From assembly GCF_000392435.1 (NCBI RefSeq), contig NC_021219.1:720001-752000 (forward strand): a stretch of DNA of 32,000 nucleotides. Reading direction: 5' to 3'. Made by a program: the position numbers and the translations under genes. The notes below the pieces were generated by a model. It ran no database searches. It was not told the origin of the DNA and saw only the letters and a program-made list of their open reading frames with translations. Every line of letters begins with the position of its first letter. The first letter of the stretch is position 1. This document shows positions 1 through 8,792 of the stretch, one piece after another. This DNA comes from Candidatus Saccharimonas aalborgensis. Its GTDB lineage: Bacteria > Patescibacteriota > Saccharimonadia > Saccharimonadales > Saccharimonadaceae.

Positions 1-102
1 GCGGAGGAGGGCATCAGGATCCTCCACCTCAACGGCACCGGAACTGCAGGCGAAGTCCATGATCGTATCTACGCCGAGGTAAGTGAGGTATGCCAGAATT
101 AG
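1..102 (+). CDS. C-terminal tail of an ORF open at the window edge, possibly adenylate kinase
   Basis: Frame 1 reads AEEGIRILHLNGTGTAGEVHDRIYAEVSEVCQN* and overlaps the start of map by 13 nt. The adk-map neighbourhood is common. Only 33 residues are visible. Confidence 0.4.
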   Translation, partial: AEEGIRILHLNGTGTAGEVHDRIYAEVSEVCQN

Positions 103-857
103 TCACCGGCCAAAAAACGCCGGTACAAATCGAGGCAATGCGTCAAGGTGGTCGTATTTTAGCTCGTATTTTTGCTGATCTTAGGGATTATGTTCACGCA
201 GGTCTATCGGAAAAAGAGATCGATGCGTTTGTATCGCAGAAAATTGCTGACTATGGTGCGAGCGCAACATACCTTACTGAAGATGTAAACTTTCCAGGAG
301 TGATCTGTATCAGTGTAAATGAAGAGATTGTGCATGGTATCCCGACCAATTATGTGCTGCAAAAGGGTGATATTGTGAGTTTTGATCTTGTCATAACCTA
401 TAAAGAAATGGAGACCGATAGCGCCTTTACGATGATGGTTGATGAGCAGCCGACGGGGGCAGCCAAGCACCTGCTTGCCGCAACAGAGCGTAGCCTCTAT
501 GCGGGAATCGATGCGATTAAAGGACCGGTCTATACTGGCGATATTTCTGCTGCCATTGAGGCAGTATTGCGGGCGTCAAAATTGGGAATTATCCGTGAGT
601 TGGTGGGTCATGGTGTCGGGCTCTCGATGCACATGCCACCCGATATACCAAATTATGGCCGAAAAGGTACGGGGGTACTACTGAAACCTGGCGATACCAT
701 CGCGATTGAGCCGATGGCAACACTTGGGGGTGAAGCGATTGCGCAACTTGATGATGGGTGGACATATGTGACGCGCGACGGGAGTCTTGCGGCTCATTTC
801 GAGCACACTGTTCTGATTACTGAAAACGGTGCAGAAATCTTAACGTTAGCAGTATAA
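90..857 (+). CDS. map: Type I methionine aminopeptidase
   Basis: Metal-ligand pattern is present: FDLV, ETDSAFT, VGHGVG, AIEPMA, EHTVLIT. Confidence 0.95.
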   Translation: MPELVTGQKTPVQIEAMRQGGRILARIFADLRDYVHAGLSEKEIDAFVSQKIADYGASATYLTEDVNFPGVICISVNEEIVHGIPTNYVLQKGDIVSFDLVITYKEMETDSAFTMMVDEQPTGAAKHLLAATERSLYAGIDAIKGPVYTGDISAAIEAVLRASKLGIIRELVGHGVGLSMHMPPDIPNYGRKGTGVLLKPGDTIAIEPMATLGGEAIAQLDDGWTYVTRDGSLAAHFEHTVLITENGAEILTLAV

Positions 858-874
858 GGTATCCGTAAGCGCTA

Positions 875-883
875 TGCTATAAT
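875..883 (+). promoter_or_regulatory. Extended -10 promoter for ftsA (TGC-TATAAT)
   Basis: TGCTATAAT ends 8 nt before the ATG at 892. No clear -35. Confidence 0.6.
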
Positions 884-891
884 AGCGGTAT

Positions 892-2133
892 ATGCAAGAA
901 CAAAATCGATATGCAGTCGGTATTGATGTCGGAACAACGATGATTCGTTGCGTGGTGGGACACGTCGATCCGGCGACCGGAACCCCTACGATCGTGGGAG
1001 TCGGACAAGCGCCAAACACAGGAATGAGAAAAGGAACAGTAGTAAATCTCGCCGGTCCAGCACATGCGATCGATGAGGCGCTTGGTGAGGCCGAACGAAT
1101 GAGTGGTTACGAGGTAAACGATGCCACGATGAGTATTAATGGCTCGCACATACTTAGTACGAAAGCCGACGGTATGATTGCTGTCGGGATGGCAGATCAT
1201 GAAATCAATAGTGAAGATTTACGACGCATCGAAGAAGTAGCTACAACAGGCAAGGTGCCCGCTAACCGCGAAATCCTAGAGGTTGTGCCGCATAGTTACA
1301 TACTCGACGGCCAGACGGGCATAAAAGACCCTCTCGGTATGTCGGGTACTCGCCTAGAGATAGATGCAAATGTTATTTCGGCACTGAGTCCGTATGTTTC
1401 TAGTTTGCAAAAAGCAGCCGAAATGGCGACCGTCCACCCCAATGCCCTTGTCGTATCAGTGCTGGCGGCTGCCAAAGCATCGCTTGGTGAGCAACAGATT
1501 GAAAGCGGCGTGGCGGTTGTTGATATCGGCGGAGCCACGACCGGTGTAGCCGTATTTGAAGAGGGTGATCTACAATACGTTGGCATTATACCGATAGGTG
1601 GTGCCAATATTACTAATGATTTGGCGATTGGGCTCAAAGCTGATCCCGAGCTCGCTGAAAAAGTAAAAGTGACCCATGCGGTCGCTGTATCAAGAAAAGA
1701 AAACGAAGGTGTAAGTGTAAAACACGGCGGCGAAGTGATGTCGTTTTCGACCCAGGATATTGATGAGATTGTCGAAGCACGACTTGAAGAACTATTTGAG
1801 GCTGTCCAAAAGGAGTTGAAAAAGGCTGGTAGGGCGGGACAGTTGCCGAGCGGTGTTGTGCTAACTGGTGGAGGTGCCAAACTAAAAGGAATTGCGGAGT
1901 ACGCAAAAGAACAATTAGGGTTAGCGGTGCGTGTCGGTAAACCCGGCGGGTTCGGAGGAGTGGCTGACCAAATAGAAGAGCCGCAGTTTGCGACAGCAGT
2001 TGGCTTGATGTTAGTGGATGTTGACGATGCGAATGTTCGGCAACCCACTACCGGTAAGCGCATAAATGGTGCCAAGGCAGTAAAGCAGGCATCAGGCATC
2101 CTCTCGAAACTGCTCAGTCGTTTTAAGGCGTAG
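892..2133 (+). CDS. ftsA: Cell division protein FtsA
   Basis: Actin-fold/SHS2 features: AVGIDVGTTMIRCVVG, VAVVDIGGATTGVAVF, VVLTGGGAKLKGI. Immediately upstream of ftsZ. Confidence 0.93.
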   Translation: MQEQNRYAVGIDVGTTMIRCVVGHVDPATGTPTIVGVGQAPNTGMRKGTVVNLAGPAHAIDEALGEAERMSGYEVNDATMSINGSHILSTKADGMIAVGMADHEINSEDLRRIEEVATTGKVPANREILEVVPHSYILDGQTGIKDPLGMSGTRLEIDANVISALSPYVSSLQKAAEMATVHPNALVVSVLAAAKASLGEQQIESGVAVVDIGGATTGVAVFEEGDLQYVGIIPIGGANITNDLAIGLKADPELAEKVKVTHAVAVSRKENEGVSVKHGGEVMSFSTQDIDEIVEARLEELFEAVQKELKKAGRAGQLPSGVVLTGGGAKLKGIAEYAKEQLGLAVRVGKPGGFGGVADQIEEPQFATAVGLMLVDVDDANVRQPTTGKRINGAKAVKQASGILSKLLSRFKA

Positions 2134-2158
2134 TGACTGGCTTTTATCTGAACAATAA

Positions 2159-2167
2159 TGGTATACT
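2159..2167 (+). promoter_or_regulatory. Extended -10 promoter upstream of ftsZ (TGG-TATACT)
   Basis: TGGTATACT, with the ftsZ ATG at 2215 preceded by a GGGAG SD. Confidence 0.5.
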
Positions 2168-2214
2168 AGAACAAGATAGTTATTCGATCATGATCAAGGG
2201 GAGACGAGTAAATC

Positions 2215-3417
2215 ATGCCTGAAGTAAAACCGAGTGAGATTCAGACTTTTGCGAGCATCAAGGTAGTTGGTGTGGGAGGAGCAGGAGGGTCTGCAGTAAA
2301 TAGGATGAAAGACGCCGGATTGGTAGGCGTTCAATTTATTGCAATGAATACCGACGCTCAGGCACTTCATAATTCAAAAGCCGATGTAAAGATACATCTT
2401 GGACATAACACAACGAATGGTCTTGGTGCGGGTGCCGATCCTACTGTTGGTGAGGCGGCAGCACGAGAATCAGTGACAGAGATTCGTGATGCGCTCGAAG
2501 GGGCAGATATGGTGTTTGTCACCATAGGAGCAGGCGGTGGAACTGGTTCGGGTGCTGGTCATGTAGTAGCGGAAATTGCTCGAGAGCTAGGCATTTTGAC
2601 AGTAGGAGTGGCAACAAAACCCTTTAGTTTTGAGGGAGAGAAACGACGGACAAATGCAGAGTGGGCAATTGCCCAACTTGGCAAACAAGTTGATACGCTG
2701 ATAACCATTCCGAATGATCGTTTACTGCAAACGATTGATCGACGGACTCCTTTGCTCGAGACGTTTAAAATTGCAGATGACGTATTACGTCAGGGCGTTC
2801 AGGGTATCTCGGAATTGATCACAGAACACGGACTTATCAACCTTGACTTTGCTGACGTCAAGGCGATCATGAGTAACGCCGGTAGTGCACTCATGGGAAT
2901 CGGACGAGCAAGCGGTGATGACCGTGCCGCACAGGCCGCTCAGCAGGCCATTGAAAGTCCGCTCATTGAAGTATCGATCGATGGTGCTAAGGGAGTACTC
3001 TTTAACGTCACCGGTGGCTATGACATGAGTATGAGTGAGATCCAGGAAGCTGCTGAGATTATCACGAGCGCCGTTAGCCCCGACGCGAATATCATCTTTG
3101 GTGCGACACTCAAGCCAGAGCTGGAGGATGAGCTTATTATTACGGTGATTGCAACAGGGTTTGATAGCGCCTACTATCATCAGCAAGCAACACCTTCGTT
3201 AGCTGGGTCATCTTTGTCTCAGGATGCAGCTCAGGATAATACTGTCGACGAAGCGGTAGGAAACATTGACATGAACTTGAACCACACGGATGCCGCCGAG
3301 CATTTTGCGAGCGATACCGATCACAATATATGGAATCAACCTCAAGAACAAGATGAGGATGATACACCAGCATTTTTGCGTCGACGAAAAAAACGTAAAG
3401 AAACAAAAGAATCGTAA
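2215..3417 (+). CDS. ftsZ: Cell division GTPase FtsZ
   Basis: Tubulin signature [18 protein letters not shown], and C-terminal peptide [12 protein letters not shown]. Confidence 0.97.
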   Translation: MPEVKPSEIQTFASIKVVGVGGAGGSAVNRMKDAGLVGVQFIAMNTDAQALHNSKADVKIHLGHNTTNGLGAGADPTVGEAAARESVTEIRDALEGADMVFVTIGAGGGTGSGAGHVVAEIARELGILTVGVATKPFSFEGEKRRTNAEWAIAQLGKQVDTLITIPNDRLLQTIDRRTPLLETFKIADDVLRQGVQGISELITEHGLINLDFADVKAIMSNAGSALMGIGRASGDDRAAQAAQQAIESPLIEVSIDGAKGVLFNVTGGYDMSMSEIQEAAEIITSAVSPDANIIFGATLKPELEDELIITVIATGFDSAYYHQQATPSLAGSSLSQDAAQDNTVDEAVGNIDMNLNHTDAAEHFASDTDHNIWNQPQEQDEDDTPAFLRRRKKRKETKES

Positions 3418-3431
3418 GGGTACTCATACAT

Positions 3432-3887
3432 ATGGCATTGAATTTTAAGATTGGTGACAGCCGGGTCTTAGAATCGCGTGAATCCGCTGATGGAATTACT
3501 ATTCGTCGACGTCGCGAAACAATGGATGGGAAGCACCGATTTACTACCTACGAGAGAATAGAACATCCAAATCTAGCTGTCATCAAAAAAGATGGTTCAC
3601 GCGAATTATTTGATCGAGACAAATTGACAGGCGCCGTTACAAAGTCGGTTGGCAAGTTCCTGAAAGGACAAGAGGAAATTGCGGCGATTATTGATACTGT
3701 AGAGGAATCACTGTATGAGATGGGTGAGAGCGAAGTAACATCAAGGCAAATTGGTGAGCTGGTTCTCGATGAACTGGCTGAACGCAACGAAGTTGCCTAC
3801 GTGCGATTTGCCAGTGTATTTCACAAGTTCAAAACGTTGAATGACTTCGTAAAGATACTTGAACAGCGCAAAAAAGACAGGAATTGA
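3432..3887 (+). CDS. nrdR: NrdR-like repressor (ATP-cone) with a degenerate zinc ribbon
   Basis: IRRRRE...RFTTYERIEHPNLAVIKKDGSRELFDRDKL matches NrdR plus ATP-cone. The CPxC and CxxC cysteines are absent. Confidence 0.85.
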   Translation: MALNFKIGDSRVLESRESADGITIRRRRETMDGKHRFTTYERIEHPNLAVIKKDGSRELFDRDKLTGAVTKSVGKFLKGQEEIAAIIDTVEESLYEMGESEVTSRQIGELVLDELAERNEVAYVRFASVFHKFKTLNDFVKILEQRKKDRN

Positions 3888-3889
3888 TA

Positions 3890-4156
3890 ATGAGAGTTGT
3901 GGTGGTTACAAAGCCAGAAACTGATTATGCACGGTCTGTCGAGATATTCTTGAATGATTTTAAGCGCCAGACGGGAAAAGAGGTTGAGATACTTGACCCC
4001 GATAGTTTAGCGGGTGGGACCTTTTGCCAATCCTACGACATCGTTGAATATCCGACAATTATCGCACTAAGTAATGATGGACAGGTCCAAAATAGCTGGC
4101 GAGGAACAGCGCTTCCAACGATTAGCGAGGTGAGTTACTATGTTTCACAAGATTAA
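3890..4156 (+). CDS. Thioredoxin-fold protein with a single cysteine
   Basis: VVVVTKPETDYARSVEIFLNDF...TFCQSYDIVEYPTIIAL resembles a Trx fold with the pre-cis-Pro segment. ATG at 3890 is preferred over TTG at 3884. Confidence 0.55.
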   Translation: MRVVVVTKPETDYARSVEIFLNDFKRQTGKEVEILDPDSLAGGTFCQSYDIVEYPTIIALSNDGQVQNSWRGTALPTISEVSYYVSQD

Positions 4157-4769
4157 AGATTATTTTACGCATGAAGACAAAAAACTTCGTGACGATCGAT
4201 GGATTTTCCTTAGTATGCTGGTGGGTGCGATCGGTAGTCTCATTGCTGCATTTGTGTTGTCGGTAGAAGCAGTTGAACTTGCCAAAAATAGCCATGCGGT
4301 CCTCAGCTGCAACTTCAATGCGGTGCTTAACTGCGGAGCTGTCGGTGTTCATCCTTCTGCACACCTGTTTGGATTTCCCAACAGCTTTCTGGGATTGATT
4401 GCCGAACCAGTGGTGATCACGGTTGCGGTGGCAGGTCTCGCTGGTGTGAAATTTCCTCGACTCTTTATGTTTGTCGCGCAGATTTGCTATAGCTTAGGGC
4501 TGATATTTGCCCTCTGGCTGTTTGCGACGAGCTATTTTGTGATCGGAGCACTGTGTCCTTGGTGTCTGCTCGTGACAGCTACGACGCTATTTGTGTGGTT
4601 TGCTATCACTCGTTACAATATACGCGAGAATAACCTGTATCTTTCCCCGAGCGTATCGAAATGGGCTCACCGCTGGGTTGAAAAAAGTTATGATAAAGCG
4701 CTTCTCTTTACGCTTGTGTCTCTATTGGTAGGCGCAATCGTCGTTAAGTACGGAAATGCACTTTTTTAA
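4140..4769 (+). CDS. Vitamin K epoxide reductase (VKOR) family membrane protein
   Basis: Transmembrane protein with the loop cysteine pair (LSCNFNAVLNC) and catalytic CPWC (GALCPWCLL). Confidence 0.88.
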   Translation: MFHKIKDYFTHEDKKLRDDRWIFLSMLVGAIGSLIAAFVLSVEAVELAKNSHAVLSCNFNAVLNCGAVGVHPSAHLFGFPNSFLGLIAEPVVITVAVAGLAGVKFPRLFMFVAQICYSLGLIFALWLFATSYFVIGALCPWCLLVTATTLFVWFAITRYNIRENNLYLSPSVSKWAHRWVEKSYDKALLFTLVSLLVGAIVVKYGNALF

Positions 4770-4843
4770 GCAAAAGCTTTGTTTTTTACAACATATAGCG
4801 TACAGTGGAGGTATATCCATTTGCTTTAAGGAGGGCAAGTAAT

Positions 4844-5356
4844 ATGGCAAAAGCTAAAAAAACGGTAAATTATGAGAAGGCGTGGTATGCACTTGCGGCT
4901 GCCCGAGTCATGGTGGGATTTGTCTTTTTGTGGGCATTTCTCGACAAGACAATGGGACTTGGCTTTGCGACAAAGCATGGACAGGCATGGCTTGACGGTG
5001 TTTCGCCAACGATGGGTTTTCTGAAATTTGGTGTCAATGCGAAAGGACCATTTGTAGACTTTTTTCATAGTTTAGCGGGCAATGTTTTCGTTGACTGGTT
5101 GTTTATGCTTGGGTTACTAGGTATCGGCATGGCATTGATTCTTGGGATTGGCCTACGCGTTGCTGCAGTTGCGGGCACAACACTTCTCGTTATGATGTGG
5201 GCTGCCGAGTTACCGCTGGCGAATAACCCTGTTGTCGACGAACATCTCGTCTATGCAACGATGCTATGGGTGTTTGCCTTTGGTCCACGCAAATGGAGTT
5301 TGATTGACACGTGGCTTCAAACACCAGCTGCAAAGAACAATCCTTGGCTTTGGTAA
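4844..5356 (+). CDS. DoxX-family membrane protein
   Basis: Hydrophobic four-TM protein: RVMVGFVFLWAFLDK, GIGLRVAAVAGTTLLVMMW. ATG at 4844 has SD AAGGAGGG, so it is preferred over GTG at 4805. Confidence 0.75.
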   Translation: MAKAKKTVNYEKAWYALAAARVMVGFVFLWAFLDKTMGLGFATKHGQAWLDGVSPTMGFLKFGVNAKGPFVDFFHSLAGNVFVDWLFMLGLLGIGMALILGIGLRVAAVAGTTLLVMMWAAELPLANNPVVDEHLVYATMLWVFAFGPRKWSLIDTWLQTPAAKNNPWLW

Positions 5357-5378
5357 TAAGCCGAGAATATCCGTCACT

Positions 5379-5413
5379 AAAACATGGTCGAAAAACGGCC
5401 ATGTTTTTATTTT
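5379..5413 (+). terminator. Rho-independent terminator after the DoxX-like gene
   Basis: 12-bp stem AAAACATGGTCG/CGGCCATGTTTT (one G-U), AAAAA loop, then a T-rich tract. Confidence 0.85.
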
Positions 5414-5426
5414 GCGCCTGCTATTG

Positions 5427-5432
5427 TATACT
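5427..5432 (+). promoter_or_regulatory. -10 element (TATACT) for the T-box/ileS transcript
   Basis: TATACT just after the upstream terminator and before the T-box leader. No convincing -35. Confidence 0.5.
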
Positions 5433-5438
5433 AGTGGC

Positions 5439-5623
5439 AAGACGTTTGAGTGGTTATCAGCCGCGAGTCGCCAGAAGAACAGAGTTTTCCTAGTAGAACT
5501 GGCCGGTATCGACACGACAGATCGAACCAATAAAGCGCTAAAAAGAATCTCTTTTTGGAAACTGGATGGTACCTCCCGCAAGGGATCCAGTGACTAAAAA
5601 GGGATTTTTAATTTTAAGGAGAT
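5439..5623 (+). promoter_or_regulatory. T-box riboswitch leader upstream of ileS
   Basis: Antiterminator/antisequestrator CTGGA-[TGGTACC]-TCCC-GCAA-GGGA-TCCAG at 5562-5590: lower helix, 7-nt bulge, upper helix, GNRA loop. It lies directly upstream of an aaRS gene. The 5' boundary is approximate. Confidence 0.85.
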
Positions 5624-5629
5624 CTAGTC

Positions 5630-8494
5630 ATGAAATTCAAATCTGGCACACGTCGAAGGGCACTAGAATACGAACGTGATTGGGTGGCGCGGTGGAAACA
5701 GGACAAAACGTTTGAAAAATCGATCGAGAACCGTCCAAAGGATAATAGCTATGTGTTTTATGATGGGCCGCCGTTTATTACCGGTGTTCCTCATACCGGT
5801 ACGTTACTAGTTTCTGTCATTAAAGACGCGGTTCCACGCTATCAAACCATGAAGGGCAAGCGCGTTGAGCGCGTCTGGGGCTGGGATACTCATGGATTGC
5901 CGGCCGAACGGTACACAGAAAAGAAGCTCGGTATCAATTCTCGCGAAGAAGTGATTCAATACGGGATCGAGAAATATATCCTAGCGTGTCGTACGAACAT
6001 GGTTCAGACTGGTAGTGAATGGGAAGACACAGTCGACCGTATCGGTCGTTGGGTGGATTTCAAGGGCGGGTATGCAACCATGGACAAGGATTACATGGAA
6101 TCTGTCTGGTGGGCCTTCAAAGAGTTGTATGAAAAAGGCAAAATTTACGAAGGCGAAAAAGTGCTCATGTACTGCACGCTCGACGCCACACCACTCAGTA
6201 AAGCTGAGGTCACAATGGACGCCGGTGCCTACCAAGATGTAACAGACCCGAGCGTATATGTGAAATTTCAGCTAGAAGACGGTAGTACTCTGCTCGCATG
6301 GACAACAACTCCATGGACGCTTCCAGCTAACACTGCACTTGCTGTTAACGAAAAACTGATCTACGTTGAAGTATCTGTCGGTGATGATAAATTCATTCTG
6401 GCAAAGGAACTTCTGACGAAGGTCCTACAGAACGAGAAGCATCAACCCCTAGAATATAAAGTGATACGCGAGATGAAGGGGAAAGAACTTGTCGGTAAAT
6501 CATACAAGCCACTACTTGGCATTGATCGCGGTGAAGGCGCACACAAAGTATGGTCTGCTGACTATGTCAGTCACGAAGATGGCACCGGCATCGTGCATAT
6601 CGCGCCGGCATATGGCGAGGAAGACTTCGCGCTAGCGCGCGAGAAAAAGATTCCCGTCGTTCATACAATCGATGAAAATGGTGACTTTACCGAAGGAGAC
6701 TGGAAAGGCCAGAACGTTTGGGAAGTTAACAAACAGATCGCAAAGGACTTGAAAGAGCGTGGCGTTGTCTGGACGATTGATTACATCCGTCACAGCTACC
6801 CGCATTGTCATCGTTGCGGCACGAAACTCATGTATCGAGCCCACCCAAGTTGGTTTATGGACATCGACGGACAACGTGAGAAGATGCTCGAGAAAAACAG
6901 TAAGATAAACTGGTTTCCAGCTCACGTAAAGTATGGTCGCTTTGCAAAAAATATTGAACAAGCTCCAGACTGGAATATTTCTCGTGACAGGTTTTGGGCT
7001 ACGGCTATGCCGGTATGGAAAGGTGTCGATAAAGACGGCAAAGAGCACGTCAAAGTAGTCGGTAGCTATGCCGAGCTCAAGGAATTGTCCGGCGTAGAAC
7101 TCGATGACTATCACCGGCCATGGGTTGATGACGTTACGTTTGAGTTAGATGGTGTGTCGTACGCTCGGGTCGACAAGGTTATGGACAGCTGGTTCGAAGC
7201 AGGAAGTATGCCGTTCGCACAGTTTCACTATCCGTTTGAGAACAAAGAAAAATTTGAGGCGAACTTCCCTGGGGACTTCATAGTTGAATATATAGCACAA
7301 ACGCGGGCCTGGTTCTACTACATGCATGCTCTGAACGTTGCTCTCTTTGGTGAGAACTCATTTAAAAACGTTATCGTAACTGGTACGTTGGCCGGAAACG
7401 ATGGTCGCAAGATGAGCAAAAGTTATGGGAATTATACCGATACAAATGAGTTGATGGACAAGTTTTCGGCTGACTCATTACGTTACCTATTGTTATCGAG
7501 CCCACTCCTCAGTGGGGAAGATTTTGCACTCCAAGACAAAGAAGTGGGTGACGTGGCGCGCAAACTCAGCATGATATGGAATATGTATGACTTCTTCACT
7601 ATGTACGCAGAAGTAGATGGCTGGGAGTTCGAGGGTGAGATCAGTGATCCGCTCGAATCGCTTAAAAATCCACTCGATATATGGATTGTGAGCCGCTTGC
7701 ATCAGCTCGTGGCGGAAGTAGAGAAGCATATGGATGGTTACAATTTGCCCGATGCCATGAGTCCGATCTTACCGTTTATCGACGATGCGAGTAACTGGTA
7801 TGTGCGCCGCTCACGACGACGTTTTTGGAAGACCGAAGACGATGGTGACAAAAACGATGCCTATCGGACGCTGCATTATGTGCTCGTGCGCCTGGCGTAT
7901 GTACTCGCACCGTTTACACCCTTCTTAGCCGAGGAGCTGTATCACAATTTGACGGGTGATGATGAATCAATTCATCTCAAAGATTGGCTGCCGGCTGGTC
8001 GTGTCGACGATGCAGTGATGAATGACATGGATGTGACGCGTGACTACGTCAACCAAGGGCTAAGTTCGCGTGCTAAAGCAGGTATCAAAGTACGTCAGCC
8101 GCTCCAAAGCATAACGGTGCCAGGTCGTCGTGACTATGTCGAGTTTGAGAGTATTCTGCAAGAAGAACTTAATGTCAAAGAAGTGAAAATCGGCAAGGAA
8201 CTATTGCTCGACGAGACGATCACGCCAGAACTGAAGCGTGAAGGTCTGATGCGTGAAGTCGTGCGCCACGTGCAAGCTGCTCGTAAAGACGCTGGTCTCA
8301 ATGTTGATGATAGGATACGGCTATCATTTGCAACAAGTGACGATGAGCTTAGTAGAGCGATTTATGAATTTCGAGACGCTATCGCTGAGGAAGTGCTCCA
8401 AATTGAGCCATCGAGTAGTTCGGGACAGTATGCCCACACAAGTAATGTAAAAATTGATGGGTGTGATCTGGAAATCACACTAGAAAAAGCATAG
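5630..8494 (+). CDS. ileS: Isoleucyl-tRNA synthetase, IleS2/eukaryote-like type
   Basis: YDGPPFITGVPH, GWDTHGLPAE, KMSKS motif GRKMSKSYGNYTD. The HIGH motif reads HTGT. Confidence 0.95.
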   Translation: MKFKSGTRRRALEYERDWVARWKQDKTFEKSIENRPKDNSYVFYDGPPFITGVPHTGTLLVSVIKDAVPRYQTMKGKRVERVWGWDTHGLPAERYTEKKLGINSREEVIQYGIEKYILACRTNMVQTGSEWEDTVDRIGRWVDFKGGYATMDKDYMESVWWAFKELYEKGKIYEGEKVLMYCTLDATPLSKAEVTMDAGAYQDVTDPSVYVKFQLEDGSTLLAWTTTPWTLPANTALAVNEKLIYVEVSVGDDKFILAKELLTKVLQNEKHQPLEYKVIREMKGKELVGKSYKPLLGIDRGEGAHKVWSADYVSHEDGTGIVHIAPAYGEEDFALAREKKIPVVHTIDENGDFTEGDWKGQNVWEVNKQIAKDLKERGVVWTIDYIRHSYPHCHRCGTKLMYRAHPSWFMDIDGQREKMLEKNSKINWFPAHVKYGRFAKNIEQAPDWNISRDRFWATAMPVWKGVDKDGKEHVKVVGSYAELKELSGVELDDYHRPWVDDVTFELDGVSYARVDKVMDSWFEAGSMPFAQFHYPFENKEKFEANFPGDFIVEYIAQTRAWFYYMHALNVALFGENSFKNVIVTGTLAGNDGRKMSKSYGNYTDTNELMDKFSADSLRYLLLSSPLLSGEDFALQDKEVGDVARKLSMIWNMYDFFTMYAEVDGWEFEGEISDPLESLKNPLDIWIVSRLHQLVAEVEKHMDGYNLPDAMSPILPFIDDASNWYVRRSRRRFWKTEDDGDKNDAYRTLHYVLVRLAYVLAPFTPFLAEELYHNLTGDDESIHLKDWLPAGRVDDAVMNDMDVTRDYVNQGLSSRAKAGIKVRQPLQSITVPGRRDYVEFESILQEELNVKEVKIGKELLLDETITPELKREGLMREVVRHVQAARKDAGLNVDDRIRLSFATSDDELSRAIYEFRDAIAEEVLQIEPSSSSGQYAHTSNVKIDGCDLEITLEKA

Positions 8495-8500
8495 GAGAGT

Positions 8501-8770
8501 ATGGAGCCTATCATTATCGATACACGAGAGCCGTTTGAATACGCGGCTAGTCATGTCGAAGGATCGATCAATATCTCGCCGAGCGAGTTTATGCAAGGCG
8601 GGGTGCCAGAAAAGCTGCGCGATGTACCAAAAGATAAGCAGATCATTTTGTACTGTCGTAGTGGCCAGCGGAGCAACACGTGCAGCATGATATTACGGCA
8701 GTATGGATTTACAAACCTTGTAAATGGTGTCAATGAGGGGCGGGTAAGAGCACTTCTGAAGCAGTCCTAA
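8501..8770 (+). CDS. Single-domain rhodanese-like sulfurtransferase
   Basis: IIDTREPFEYAASHVEGSINI...IILYCRSGQRSNTC, with an active-site Cys loop. Confidence 0.9.
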   Translation: MEPIIIDTREPFEYAASHVEGSINISPSEFMQGGVPEKLRDVPKDKQIILYCRSGQRSNTCSMILRQYGFTNLVNGVNEGRVRALLKQS

Positions 8771-8792
8771 AGAGCTAGCGATGTGTTAGCTC

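Noticed and set aside
1296-2099. 267-aa minus-strand ORF antisense to ftsA
   Set aside because: Overlaps the well-supported ftsA in full. The protein is low-complexity Ser/Pro/Thr-rich, as expected from an antisense frame.
2186-2195. GATCATGATC palindrome in the ftsZ 5' UTR
   Set aside because: A 10-bp palindrome alone is expected by chance at this scale; no supporting context.
2785-3186. 133-aa minus-strand ORF antisense to ftsZ
   Set aside because: Antisense shadow of ftsZ, no recognisable motif.
4140-4148. ATGTTTCAC resembling half of a parS site (TGTTTCACGTGAAACA)
   Set aside because: The second half-site is missing, and it is the first codons of the VKOR gene. No full parS seen in the window.
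5304-5597. 97-aa + ORF spanning the DoxX terminator and T-box leader
   Set aside because: Runs through a terminator and a structured RNA element; no homology-like features. The non-coding explanation is better. The overlapping minus ORFs at 5190-5581 are rejected for the same reason.
6632-7114. 160-aa minus-strand ORF inside ileS
   Set aside because: Antisense to strongly supported ileS; no SD or motif.
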